A DNA stretch of 63,890 bases, counting the filler, from Chiloscyllium plagiosum (Eukaryota), in NCBI RefSeq assembly GCF_004010195.1. It is 4 parts of one record of this genome, joined end to end, with 100 filler letters (N's around TTAATTAATTAA, not from the genome) between each part and the next. Parts side by side here need not be neighbours in the genome. Positions count along the whole stretch, not along the records: positions 1 to 31,447 come from NC_057711.1; positions 31,548 to 36,623 come from NC_057711.1; positions 36,724 to 58,894 come from NC_057711.1; 1 more part is not named here. One strand, given 5' to 3'. The notes beneath the pieces were generated by a model that ran no database searches, was not told the origin of the DNA, and saw nothing but the letters and a program-made list of their open reading frames with translations. Below are positions 25,949 through 37,886 of this stretch, piece by piece; the first letter of the stretch is position 1, and each line of letters begins with the position of its first letter. Made by a program: the position numbers and the translations under genes.

Positions 25949-27363
25949 ATTTTCATATATTATACTGTACACTCAGCATCCCAACATACTGGTGTTTTTT
26001 TTTTAAAGCAGCCTGTAGACATTGTACTGACAACTCTGTTCCTCCAATAATTTAAATGAATTCCCAGTTAGCACATTATCCATGTCAGTCTTCCCTCTGC
26101 TGGACCTCATAACCTTACATATCCCTTTTTATTAATGTGCATCCACAATTTCTCCAGCCTTTGAGTAAACTTGTCGAGATCATTCTCAGTTTATGCACTT
26201 TGACATTGGAACATTTGTCACCTGCGTCAATTTGGTACTTTAGATTCCTTTTAGATACAATTCCTCCCTTTAAATCAATGATAATCATTCTAACCGACAA
26301 TATCATGAACATTGAGTCCAGTCGTAATTACTAGCTACCAGTAGATATTGGCCAAAGCGCTGCCAACATTAGTTTGTCAACATTTATTCATATGTTCCCA
26401 TCCAACCATTGGACTTGAAGATTATGAAGTGGATTATTATGTGGAACAGAATCAAATAGTCAGGTGCAATCCAGATAATTAACACCCTCAAGGTCTCCAC
26501 TATTGACAGGTTCTGACATTTCTCCATGGAAATTAATCAAATGCCATCTCCCTGTGTTTTGTCTTGGGGTCTTCTATCTGCTATAACAGTGTTATATTTT
26601 CAGATACCACTGCTGCTGGCATGTGCCATTCTGTTCTGGATAGTTATCTACCACCAATCCTTTTTTCCTTTATGTTGAGTCTAGGACTGGTCCAATCTGA
26701 GAGATTGGCTATTTCTAAATAACTGTTTAGAGATTTTATGATACACCACTCGAGCAGGTGGGATTTGATCCCAGAACTCTGGCCCAGAGGTAGGGACACC
26801 ATCACTGCACAACACGAGCACCAACTTGTAAGTGGTTGTTCAGTATTAGATAGAATGTGCATCTGGAATTTTTTTTATTATCAATAGCAATAAATTGGAT
26901 TGATATAATACCTTTAATGCAGAGGATTGGCCCAAGAGGTGTGTAAGAAAACAAAATTTAACATGAAACCAAAGAAGGAAACATGAAAACATGACAATAA
27001 GATTGGTGAAAGATCAAGGCTTTGAAGAGCACCTTAAATGAAGGAGAGAGAGAGAGACGGAGCAATTGCGTGAATACAATGTATTAATTATAGTACAACT
27101 CCACAGGAGCATAAGTCCTCAGTACTGCATTACCATGTCTGTGGTATGTGGATTATTGTGCTCAAGCCCTGGTGGTAGGTGAGCCAGGAATCTTGTGATT
27201 CTGTCAAGTGAGCCACAACTGACACCACTGTGGTGGTACATAACTGTTGTCATCATAGAATCCCGACAGCATGGAAGCAGGCCATTCACCCCACTGACCT
27301 TTCCAACCAGACCCACTCCCTCCCCTATCTCTACAACCCTATATTTCCCATAACTAATCCAGA

Positions 27364-27541
27364 TGACTGCAGATGCTGGAAACCAGATTCTGGATTAGTG
27401 GTGCTGGAAGAGCACAGCAGTTCAGGCAGCATCCAAGAGCTTCGAAATCAACGTTTCGGGCTTTTGCCCGATACATCGATTTCGAAGCTCCTCAGATGCT
27501 GCCTGAACTGCTGTGCTCTTCCAGCACCATTAATCCTGAAC
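27364..27541. mobile_element. Family A inverted-repeat element
   Basis: GGATTAGTGGTGCTGGAAGAGCACAGCAGTTCAGGCAGCATC and its reverse complement flank TTTCGGGCTTTTGCCCGA. Confidence 0.85.
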
Positions 27542-27975
27542 ATCTTCAGTGGGCCTCAGGTGTACATGATTCCTGCTTTCTATTTATATGTTTGGGTTTC
27601 TTTGGGTTGGTGATGTCATTTCCTGTGGTTACATCATTTCTTGTTCTTTTTCTCAGGGGTTGGTAGATGGGGTTTAACTCGATGTGTTTGTTGATAGAGT
27701 TCCAATTTGAATGCCATCCTTCTAGGAATTCTCGTGTGTGTCTATGTTTGGCTTGTCCTAAGATGGATGTGCTGTCCTAGTCGAAGTGGTGTCCTTCCTT
27801 ATCTGTATGTAAGGATATTAGTGAGAGAGGGTCATATTGTTTTGTGGCTAGTTGGTGTTCATGTATCCTGGTGGCTATTTTTCTGCCTGTTTGTCCAATG
27901 TAGTGTTTGTTACAGTTCTTGCACGGTATTTTGTAAATGACATTAGATTTGCTTGTTATCTGTATAGGGTCTTAA
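27542..27975 (-). mobile_element. Penelope-like element fragment: GIY-YIG endonuclease
   Basis: Manual minus-strand translation: KSNVIYKIPCKNCNKHYIGQTGRKIATRIHEHQ...HHFD*DSTSILGQ...REFLEGWHS...SINKH. Not in the ORF track. Confidence 0.9.
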
Positions 27976-29368
27976 CTGTATACCAGTTAACTCTTTAAGG
28001 TACTAACGGTCTTATACAACAACTGAATTAATTATTATCTAGAGGGCCTCTTGTAAGTGGAGTTCTCACAGATGGACGCTCACAGATGGATATAAGCATG
28101 CTTATTCTAGGATTTGCAGTTGTATGGTAACAGACTGTTTTCTATGGCACAACCTGATCAACCTTCATTGTAATAATACAATATAAATATTTTTAGATAA
28201 ACTTTCATTTCAGTAAGTTATTTTTATAAATTATATTCAAGAACTATATGAAACAAGCACAACTATCATTTAATGCCACACTTCTAGTTGCCCTGGGGCT
28301 ATGTAAAATCAAACACTTTGCATGGGTCCTGGGGTTCCACAAGAGTATTAATAATAGAAGCAACATGAAGCAATACTCCCTCTCAAGCCTGCCCTATTAT
28401 TCAGCACAATCATGCCTGAATGTCTACTTCAATATCATTTCACTCAACTATCCTCTATCTCTTGATTGCGTTAGTGCACAAAAATCTAACAGTCTCTTTA
28501 TTGACTCCAGAACAAATCTACACAATCTTTTGTCATCCCAGGAATCAACAACAGAAACTCTAAGGCTGCTGATAAAAGACATAAGAATCTTGAATGTAGG
28601 AATACAAACTTAAAGGTAAAACCAGCATTCATACTGTAAGAGAGGTGACTGCTGATTAATTGGCAAGTGGATTCTGATTGATAGATGCGTTGCCATGGAG
28701 AATGCATCAGTTAATGAGGATTCACAGTTAACTGCCAGATTTGTTTAAATTTTCAAAAGTTAACTCTGATGAGTCAAAACAGCAATATACTGGTCAAAAG
28801 CCCCAGGCTAATGTTCTTGGGAGGTGGGTACAAATCCCACTATTGCAGATGGTGAAATCTGCAAAGGTTAGCCTCATAGCAAGCAACTACCCACATTGGT
28901 TCTCATTTAAAAGAGATCCATGTGGCTCGCTCATGTCCTTTAGGGAAGGAAATCTGTCTTGCTTACCTGGTCTGACCTACACGTGAATCTGGACACACAG
29001 CAACGTGATTGACTCTTAAACATCCATCTGGGAAATTAGGGATGGGCAATAAATGCTGGCCTAACACCTTGTAAACATTTTTTTAATAATCAAATAACCA
29101 TCCTGCCATCCCTGATATCAGCCTAGTGAACCTACACTGTACCTCCTCTATGCTAAGCATTTCCTTCCTGAGGTAGGAGACTAAAGCTGCACACAATACT
29201 CCGGGTGGGGTCTCACCAAATCCCAGCATCACTGCAGCAAGATATCTTTACTTCTGCACAGCTCAAATCATTTTGCAATGTAGGGCAATATACCATATGC
29301 CTTCCTAATTGCCTGACTAGTTTCAGGTAAACAAGAACATCCATACTTCCCAATACCATTTAAATAAT

Positions 29369-30656
29369 TTTTAAAAAACAAAATCAAAAATTGTTGATTT
29401 TAAAGCTTCATTGGTGAAGAAGGGTCACTGGACTCAAAAAAAACTAACTTTCTCTCCACAGAACCTGTCAGACATGCTTGATGGATGGTGGAGGGAGGGG
29501 TTCAGATTTGTGGGACATTGGGACTGGTTCTGGGGAAGGTGGGACGATTACAAATTGGATGGTCTACACCTGAATCAGACTGGTATTAATGTCCTTGGGA
29601 CGGTTTCTTGCCACTGCTATTGGGGAGGGTTTAAACTAATGTAGCAGGGGACTGGGAACTAGAAGAGAAGTCAACTGTGAGGTGAAAGCCAGAGACTGTA
29701 AGGATCATGAAATTAGCATTACCAAGGGGAAGAGTAGGCAGAGAGCAGATGAATGCAAAAGAACTGGCGGCCTGAAGTGCATATACTTTAATGCAAGGTG
29801 TATAGTGGGTAAGGCAGATGAACTTAGGGCTTGGATTGGTGCCTGGGATCACAAAGACTTGGTTGAAGGAAGGACATGATTGGCAACCAAATGTTCCAGG
29901 ATATAGACACTTCACACAGGACAGGAAGGGAAGTAAATGGTGGTGGAGGAGTTGCATTGCTGGTCAGGGATGATATCATGGTTGTGCTAAAGGGGGACAC
30001 TATGGAGGGCTTGAGCAGTGAGGCATTGTGAGTAGAGCCGAGAAATAAGAAGGGTGCGGCTACATTATTGGAGTTGTATTACAGGCCCACAACAGTGAGC
30101 GTGAGGTAGGAGATCAAATAGGTAAACAGATTATGGAAAGATATAAAGGCAACAGGGTGGTGGTGATGGGAGATTTTAATTTTCCAAATGTTGACTTAGG
30201 ATATACTTAGTGTCAGAGGTCTGGATGGAGCAAAATTTATAAGGAGCATCCAGGAAAGTTTTCTAGAGTAGCAATAGTCTGACGAGAGAAGGGTGGATAG
30301 AGATAAGCTTTTTCCCAGAGTGGGAGATTCAATAACAAGACGTAACACGTTCAAGGTGAAAGGTGAAAGGTTTAAGGGGGATAAACGTGGAAAGTACTTT
30401 ACACAGAGGGTGGTAGGTGCCTGGAATGCATTGCCAGCAGAGGTGGTAGAGGCAGGCATGAAAGATTCACTTAAAGTGGGTCTGGACAGATGCATGAGTA
30501 GCTGGGGAGCAGAGGGATACAGATGCTTAGGAATTGGGTGATAGGTTCAGACAGTGGATTTGGATTTGCTCAGGCTTGGAGGGCTGAAGGGCCTGTACCT
30601 GGGTTGTAAATTTTCTTTGTTCTTTGCTGAGTTTCTCCAGCAAATTCTGTTTTTGT
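29369..30656 (+). mobile_element. Family C element (29369-29478 plus 30625-30656) split by a CR1
   Basis: ...GTCAGACATGC resumes as TGCTGAGTTTCTCCAGCAAATTCTG; TSD TACCATTTAAA(T/C)AAT at 29354-29368 and 30657-30671. Confidence 0.7.
29479..30624 (+). mobile_element. Internally deleted CR1 (ORF1 esterase end, EN start, 3' end)
   Basis: GFRFVGHW...KLDGLHLN (SGNH esterase-like), KCIYFNAR and MGDFNFP, joined at about 30280 to KYFTQRVVGAWNALP and the tail. RT is absent. Confidence 0.88.
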
Positions 30657-30912
30657 TACCATTTAAACAATGGTCTGGCTTTCTTTTTTTTACACTGAAG
30701 TGTATAACTCCACATTGAGACATGTTGTATTGCATTTGCCATTTGTTTACCCACCCATTCAACTTCTCGAAATCATATTGAAGCTTTCTGGCACACTCCT
30801 CACAATCCCTCCCAGTTTGTGTCATCAGAAAACTTGAAAATGTTACATTTGGTTCCCTCACCCAGGGTAATTCATACGTACTTGTGAATAGTTGGTGCCC
30901 AAGCAACATCCT

Positions 30913-31447
30913 TGTTGGAGTGGGGGAGGGAGGTAGACAGGTTGAGGCGATTAATGTCCCGGCGGCAGTTGGAAATGAAGAGGTCGAGGGCAGGTAATAG
31001 GCCAGCGCGGGGTGTCCAGGTGGATGCAGTGCGTTGGAGGTGGGTGAAGGGGTCCTCGGAAGGTGGGCGGGAGTCCTGATTGTGAAAGTAAGCTCAGAGG
31101 CAGAGGCGACGGAAGAATTGTTCGAAGTCACGGCGTGTATTAAATTCATTGATGCGTGGACGGAGGGGGATGAAGGTGAGTCCTTTGCTGAGGACTGATC
31201 GTTCGTCCTCCGTGACGGGGAGGTCTGGGGGGATGGTGAAAACTCGGCAGGGCTGGGAGCTGGGATCTGGTGTATGTGGAGAGCTGGGAGTGGGGGCGGA
31301 ACCAGTAACTGGAGTGGGTGTGATGGTGGAGGGAATGGGGGTGGAGTCATGAGCAGCGGTAGTGTTCCCCTCGGGATTCTGGGGGGTGGGGATAGTGACA
31401 GTGGGGTCTGTGGGGGGCATGTCAGCAGAATGCAGGTGAGTGGCGCT
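30913..31447 (-). mobile_element. Penelope-like element ORF N-terminal fragment, GC-rich and apparently young, running into a gap
   Basis: VTEDERSVLSKGLTFIPLRP...DFEQFFRRL matches the L..GL.F.P motif upstream of PLE RT. Confidence 0.8.
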
Positions 31448-31547
31448 NNNNNNNNNNNNNNNNNNNNNNNNNNNNNNNNNNNNNNNNNNNNTTAATTAAT
31501 TAANNNNNNNNNNNNNNNNNNNNNNNNNNNNNNNNNNNNNNNNNNNN
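31448..31547. other. Scaffold gap with artificial TTAATTAATTAA linker
   Basis: 44 N + TTAATTAATTAA + 44 N. Confidence 0.98.
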
Positions 31548-31723
31548 CACCCATTGTACTCTATGCTACTTTCTCCCCACCCCCCCCCCCCTCCAGCTTA
31601 TCTCTCCACGCCTCAGGCTCTCTGCCTTTATTCCTGGAAGGGCTTTTGCCTGAAACGTCGATTTTGAAGCTCCTTGGATGCTGCCTGACTGCTGTGCTCT
31701 TCCAGCACCACTAATCCAGAATC
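31548..31723 (+). mobile_element. PLE 3' end, family A tail, hammerhead core partly deleted
   Basis: C-rich tract, TTCCTGGAAGGGCTTTTGCCTGAAACGTCGATT, then the tail. Confidence 0.8.
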
Positions 31724-32135
31724 CTATCATCAAGCCAATTTTATTCAATTCGATAGCTCTTCCTGGATCCCATGTGATCTAATCTTACTAACCAGTCTAC
31801 CATGCAGAACCTTACTGAAGGCCTTTCTAAAGTCCATATGGATAATGTCAACTACTCTGCCTTCATCTTGATGGTACAGAATTTAAATATTTGTGTAAAG
31901 AGAGGCATGATGCTGAAGTCTTTAATTTTGCACTCATCATGACAAAAAATAAATTACTTTTTCTTTTGCTCTCCCAAACCCATTTCATAATTTCGAATAG
32001 TTCGACCAAATTTCCTCCTAAACCTTTTCTGCTTTAAGAGGTACAATGTCATATTCTCTACTCTTAACATGTAAGGTCCCTGGCACAACTCTGGTTCATT
32101 TCCCTCTGCGCCTAAAGTGTACAGAACGTTGTTAA

Positions 32136-32766
32136 AGACTCATACAGATGTACAGCCCAGAAACAGACCCTTCAGTCCAACTCATCCATGCTGACCAGAT
32201 ATCCTAAATTAATCTAATCCCATTTACCAGTACTTGCCCATATCCCTCTAAACCCTTCCTATTCATACACACATCCAGATGCCTTTTAAATGCTGCAATT
32301 GCACCAGCTACCACCACTTCATCTGGCAGCTCGTTCCATATACGTACCACCATCTGTGTGAAAAAGTTGCCCCTTAGGTCCCTTTTATATCTTTCTCCTC
32401 TCACCCTAAACCTATGCCCTCTAGTTCTGGACTCCCTTGCCCAGGAAAAGACCTTGTCTATTTACCCTATCCATGCCCCTCATGATTTTATAAACTTCTA
32501 TAAGGGCACCCCTCGGCCTCCGATGTTCCAGGAAAAACAGCCCCAGCCTATTCAGCCTCTCCCTATAGCTCAAACCCTCCAACCCTGGCAACATCCTTGT
32601 AAATCTTTTCTGAACCCTTTCAAGTTTTACAACATCCTTCCTGTAAGAGGGAGACCAGAGGTGCACGTAATATTCCAAAGTGGCCTAACCAATGTCCTGT
32701 ATAGCCACAACATGACTCATGCTTTGAGCAATAAGGGAAAACATATCAAATGTCTTCTTCACTATC
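32136..32766 (-). mobile_element. CR1 3' fragment
   Basis: LWSPSYRKDVVKLERVQKRFTRMLPG and LRGNFFTQ...WNELP. Confidence 0.93.
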
Positions 32767-32994
32767 TCATTGGGGTATATGTATCTGAAAGGGTTAAAGC
32801 TGAAGATTGCCATAAGAACCTACCACTATGCTGATCTCCTGTGGGCAGAACTCCTATACTCATGCTTTGAGCAATAAGGGAAAACATATCAAATGTCTTC
32901 TTCACTATCTCATTGGGGTATATGCATCTGAAAGGGTTAAAGCTGAAGATTGCCATAAGAACCTACCACTATGCTGATCTCCTGTGGGCAGAAC
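32715..32994 (+). repeat. Near-perfect tandem duplication, period 143 bp
   Basis: 32715-32851 versus 32858-32994, one visible substitution. Confidence 0.92.
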
Positions 32995-33499
32995 AGATTA
33001 GGGGAGACCCAGCATCTCGTTCTTCTCAAATTTCATGGAGTGATGTACCATTACATGTACTACACTATATCTGGTTAATTACTCTACTAGTTAGACCATG
33101 AGGTAATTTTCTTCTATAACAATGACCAAGCTGACCCTGTAGTTTCCTTCACTTAAAGAGGATGGTGGCAGCTCATTCAGAGTAATTAACCCTAACAACA
33201 TTCAACATTGAATATAATACTTCAGCTGAGGTCCAACGAGTGTCTTGTGGCCATTTAAATGGCATTCTGACTTACTATAGTAGCCTCCTGATGGCTTGAA
33301 ATTATGAAAATCCCACATTAAGGAGTACAATGACTTGGAATAGGTGGAAAGTTAAAGTTTGGGAATGATGACCAATGAGATCATTAGGTGAAATCTTCCA
33401 TTAGCAAGTGAGCTTAGTGGTGGTAGGACTGAAAGTGAATGATGGTCCATATGTGCCTCTCCTTGACCCCTCACAAACTCTTCAGCACGTCTGAGGAAA

Positions 33500-33600
33500 G
33501 ACAAAAGAGTGGATCCACAAATCAGTAATGACTTGCTGCAGGTTGTCCTACAGACCATCCGAGACAGGCAAGAAGTCCAGTTCCCAGGAATGACAGCTGG
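33500..33600 (+). mobile_element. Possible Harbinger Myb/SANT-like ORF relic
   Basis: KRVDPQISNDLLQVVLQTIRDRQEVQFP resembles the start of Myb/SANT-like DNA-binding domains. Weak. Confidence 0.3.
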
Positions 33601-34742
33601 AGGGCTTGTTTTATGACCAAGGGACAGATAACACCAGTGAGGCTTGTGCAATAATCAGGCTTGGTACAGGACAAGAAGGAAGAACATGCTGCTCAGACAA
33701 CATCATGGCATATGTACGCATGTGACCAGTACACTACCTCCATCGGGATGTACAATTCTGCGACATTGAGAACTTGGAAGGGAAACTGTTGTTGACATTT
33801 GGCATAAGCAAGTCCTAATGCAGGGTACTTTGGCATCGATACAATCATGCCTCACCGGCACTTTCTTCAAATGTGGGCAATGCCTTCTGTAGAACCATCA
33901 TATAGATATCAGCAAGATGTGGAACGACACGCTGCCTTGACCCCCACCCTCCTCACTTCCTTTCCCCACCTTGTTTCCTGCTTCCAATTGCAGCACAAAA
34001 TTACACTGATTGTAGCAACACTTCAGAAATCATCTCCACTTCTAATGAAAAAGCTGTTTGTTTTAGATGAGCTATTATCTCCATTAAGTTGGCAGACAGA
34101 ATTTGATACAGCTCTAAGCTCATTATAATATCAGCAGAACTCTATCTCCTGCCTTGTTGTTCTTACAGATTATTGTTAAGTGCCAGTTAACATTTTCCAA
34201 ACAATGTTCTTTCACACTGCATGAATGACACACAGAAATGAAGTGACAGGGTGGTGAATTATACTGGGAGCCAGGCAAATGGCTCAGTCATGGCCATATT
34301 GGAGTCAATGGTTTGAGAGAGAATTGTAAAAAAACATTGGGAGAGATGTTAACAAGGGTTGGTTGCAGTTTCACTTACACAATCACTCAAAGTAAACATT
34401 TACTCCCAGTTAAAGTGCAGCGATAGTTGTCATGCAGCCAACTACAACAGGCATACAGCACAGTGAGGCCCAAACTTAAAGGTCAAAACTAAAGATGAGT
34501 TTTCACTTGTGCCGTTTGTGAGAAATGTTGGTCACTAAGAAATGAATCACTTCAGTCTTTTGACACATTACAACACAGAGGCACTGCTATGCAAAAAGCT
34601 GATCCATGATGCAGGCATGATAAGTTGCTTTAATAATGCTTCATGATCAATACAAATTTACAGCAGTTGAAATAATACAATTATATTATAGAGAAAACAT
34701 TTTGATTTAAAGTTTTTCTTTCCCCTAAAGGTTGCTTTCCAG

Positions 34743-35862
34743 ACCAGTGATGTGCCATCAGGATCAGTGCTGGGTCCATTGGTTTTCGTCATTTATATAA
34801 ATGATTTAAATGTGATCATTGGAGGTATAGTTAGTAAGTTTGCAGATGACACCAAAATTGGAGGTGTAGTGGACAGTGAAGAAGATTACTTCAGCCGACA
34901 ACAGGATCTTGATCAGATGGGCGAATGGGCTGAGGAGTGACAGATCGAGTTTAGTTTAGATAAACGTGAGGTGCTGCATTTTGGAAAGGCAAATCAGAGC
35001 AGTACTTATACACTTAATGATAAGGTCCTCAGGAGAGCTGCTGAACAAAGGGACCTTGAAGTGCAGGTTCATTTTTTCTTGAAAGTAGAGTGACAGGCAG
35101 ATACGATAGTAAAGAAGGTGTTTGGTGTGCTTTCCTTTATTGGACAGAGCATTGAATATAGGAGTTGAGAAGTGGCTGTACAGAACTTTGGTTAGGCCAC
35201 CTTTGGAATATTGCATGCAATTCTGCTATTTTTTCTATTGGAAGGATATTGTGAAACTTGAAAGGGTTCATAAAATATTTACAAGCATGTTGCCGGGGTT
35301 GGAGGATTTGAGCTATAGGGAGAGGCTGAACAGGCTGGGGCTATTTTCCCTGGAGCGTTGGAGGCAGAGGGGTGATCTTATAGAGGTTTACAAAATTATT
35401 AGATTAGATTAGATTACTTACAGTATGGAAACAGACCCTTCGGCCCAACAAGTCCACACCGACCTGCCGAAGCGCAACCCACCCAGACCCAACGAGCACC
35501 CGAGCAACAAATCTTCTCACAAACTTTGGACCCATTCCCCTATATTTACCCCTTCACCTAACACTACGGGCAATTTAGCATGGCCAATTCACCTAACCTG
35601 CACATTTTTGGATTGTGGGAGGAAACCGGAGCAGATGGTGGTATGTGTATGGAATGAGCTGCCAGAGGAAGTGGTGGAGGCTGGTACAATTACAACATTT
35701 AAAAGGTATCTGGATAGGAATATGAATAGGAAGGGTTTAGAGGAAAATGGGCCAGGTGCTGGCAAACGGGACTAGATTAGGTTAGGATATTTGGTCAGCA
35801 TGGACGAGTTGGACCGGAGGGTGTGTTTCCGTGCTATAAATATCTATGACTCTATGACTCTA
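34743..35862 (+). mobile_element. CR1 RT to 3' tail, interrupted by a SINE
   Basis: GSVLGP, FADDTK, (CTATGACT)n tail. Confidence 0.93.
35398..35631 (-). mobile_element. 5'-truncated HE1 SINE inside CR1
   Basis: (ATTAG)n tail and V-domain; carries a 37-bp extra insert. Confidence 0.88.
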
Positions 35863-36324
35863 TAAAAGCAAGGAAAGTATGCTATTCTGGGGCTGAGGTT
35901 TGGCAAAGTAGGTTCGTGAGGCTTTTGTCTTTCCCAGGGCCTCATCATTCTGTGAACAGGATGTTTTAGTGCATTTTAAAACTTTGATATAGATCAAGGC
36001 TGAAGTTTTTATTACAGTTACCCTTTGAGAAATTAGATGGGATTGGATGAGACATTGAACATAATAAATAAGGCCATTAATACGTTATACAGCCACTGGA
36101 AATAATACTCACACTCAGCAAGCTTGTGATCAATTCTCAATTTCAGTTTGACTTTCCTGTTGATTCCCATATCTCACTTAGTTGCCTGGAAAATGTACAG
36201 CAGGTGACCTGATCTAAGAATTCATTGAGTCTGTAGCTTGACTACTGAGCAAGTTCCAGTTCAGTCACAGGGCCTGGCTCTCACTTATTAGACTCCAATC
36301 TACCATACACTTACACTTACATGT

Positions 36325-36623
36325 AGGGAAGAGGTGTTGGAAATTCTGGAAAGGGTGAAAATAGATAAGTCCCCTGGGCCTGATGGCATTTATCCTAGGA
36401 TTCTCTGTGAAGCAAGGGAGGAGATTGCAGAGCCATTGGCCTTGATTTTTATGTCCTCAGTGTCTACAGGAATAGTGCCAGAAGACTGGAGAATAGCAAA
36501 TGTGGTTCCCTTGTTCAAAAAGGGGAGTAGAGATAACCCTAGTAACTATAGGCCGGTGAGCCTGACCTCAGTGGTGGGCAAGTTGTTGGAGGGAATCCTG
36601 AGGGATAGGATGTACATGTATTT
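36325..36623 (+). mobile_element. Little-diverged CR1 ORF2 fragment abutting a gap
   Basis: KSPGPDGIYPRIL...VPEDWRIANVVPLFKKG...NYRPVSLTSVVGK. Confidence 0.95.
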
Positions 36624-36723
36624 NNNNNNNNNNNNNNNNNNNNNNNNNNNNNNNNNNNNNNNNNNNNTTAATTAATTAANNNNNNNNNNNNNNNNNNNNN
36701 NNNNNNNNNNNNNNNNNNNNNNN
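36624..36723. other. Scaffold gap with TTAATTAATTAA linker
   Basis: 44 N + 12 bp + 44 N. Confidence 0.98.
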
Positions 36724-36858
36724 GTGTATCCTCGAATATTCATTTCCCAGGCCCTGTCCACTTGAAGCTACGTCTCAGTTATCCCCACAATATCGTATCT
36801 GCCAATTTCCAAAAGAGACTCAAGCTCATCCATCTTATGTCTAATGCTTCGTGCATTA
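36724..36858 (-). mobile_element. CR1 endonuclease N-terminal fragment
   Basis: Minus strand reads NARSIRHKMDELESLLEIGRYDIVGITET; followed by an HE1 tail at about 36860-36952(+). Confidence 0.85.
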
Positions 36859-37639
36859 GGGGGATGGGTCTGGGTGTGTTGCTCTTTGGAGGGTCGGTGT
36901 GGATTTGTTGGGCCGAAGAGCCTGTTTCCACACTGTAAGTAATCTAATCTAAATAATGTGCCATGTCATCTAAAACATGGCCCTTCCGACAATGCAGTAC
37001 TCTTGTGCCACCCTCGATTTCATTGTGCTTATGCTCTCAAGTGGGATTTGAACCTTTATCCCTGTAATTCAAAGGTGAGAATGCTTGCCTACAACCCTAC
37101 AAAATCAAAACCTGCAATTAGTTTTTAAATCATTCACTCCACTGGGATGTTATGTTGGTTGACACATTTCACAAAGTTTGGTGATAGTTTTAAGCCGTGA
37201 ATGATTTTCTCTTGAGCCTTATTTGATTTATTATTCCTGACTTTGCCAATATACCAGCTCTTACACTTTGCTTCCTGCATAAACTACAGCTAATTCAAAA
37301 CGCTAATCATCACAACTTGCATTATTCCATTTACCTATCAGCTCAATGCTTTTAATTGTAAAGTTCACATCCTTGGTTTCAAATATTCCTATTGTCATAG
37401 CTCTCCCTGTCTTTGCAATCTCCTTCAGCCCAAGATTCAGTGTTCTTGGCCCAAGTGTCTTCTGGTTGCATTATCAATGACCTTCCCTCCACCATAGGGT
37501 CAGAACTGGTGATGTTAGTTGATGCTTGCTCAATGTTGAGCAGCGCCATGAACTCCTCAGATATTGAAGCAGTCCATGTCCAAATGCAGCATGACCTGGA
37601 CAATATGTAGGGTTGTGCTAGCAAGTGCAAGTAACATTA

Positions 37640-37886
37640 TGTCTGTGTGGGTATCCTTCGGGTGCTCCAGTTTCCTCCCACAGTCCAAAGATGTGCAGTT
37701 ACATGGATTAGCCTTGCTAAATTGTTGATAATTTTTCAGGGATGTTTGAGTTAGGTGGATTAGCCATGGGGAATGCAGGTTTGCAGGGATAGGATAGGGC
37801 CTAGGTCTGGGCAGGGTGCTCTTTGGGTGGTTAATGTGGATTTAATGGGCTGAATGACCTGCTTTCACCCTGTAGGGATTCTATGA
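37640..37886 (+). mobile_element. 5'-truncated V-SINE inside an old LINE RT fragment (about 37430-38000)
   Basis: V-domain GGTGCTCCAGTTTCCTCCCACAGTCCAAAGA; host fragment encodes IINDLPS. Confidence 0.8.

Noticed and set aside
30547..31350. 267-aa Pro/Ser-rich ORF
   Set aside because: Alternative frame of the PLE fragment running into CR1 debris; not a host gene.
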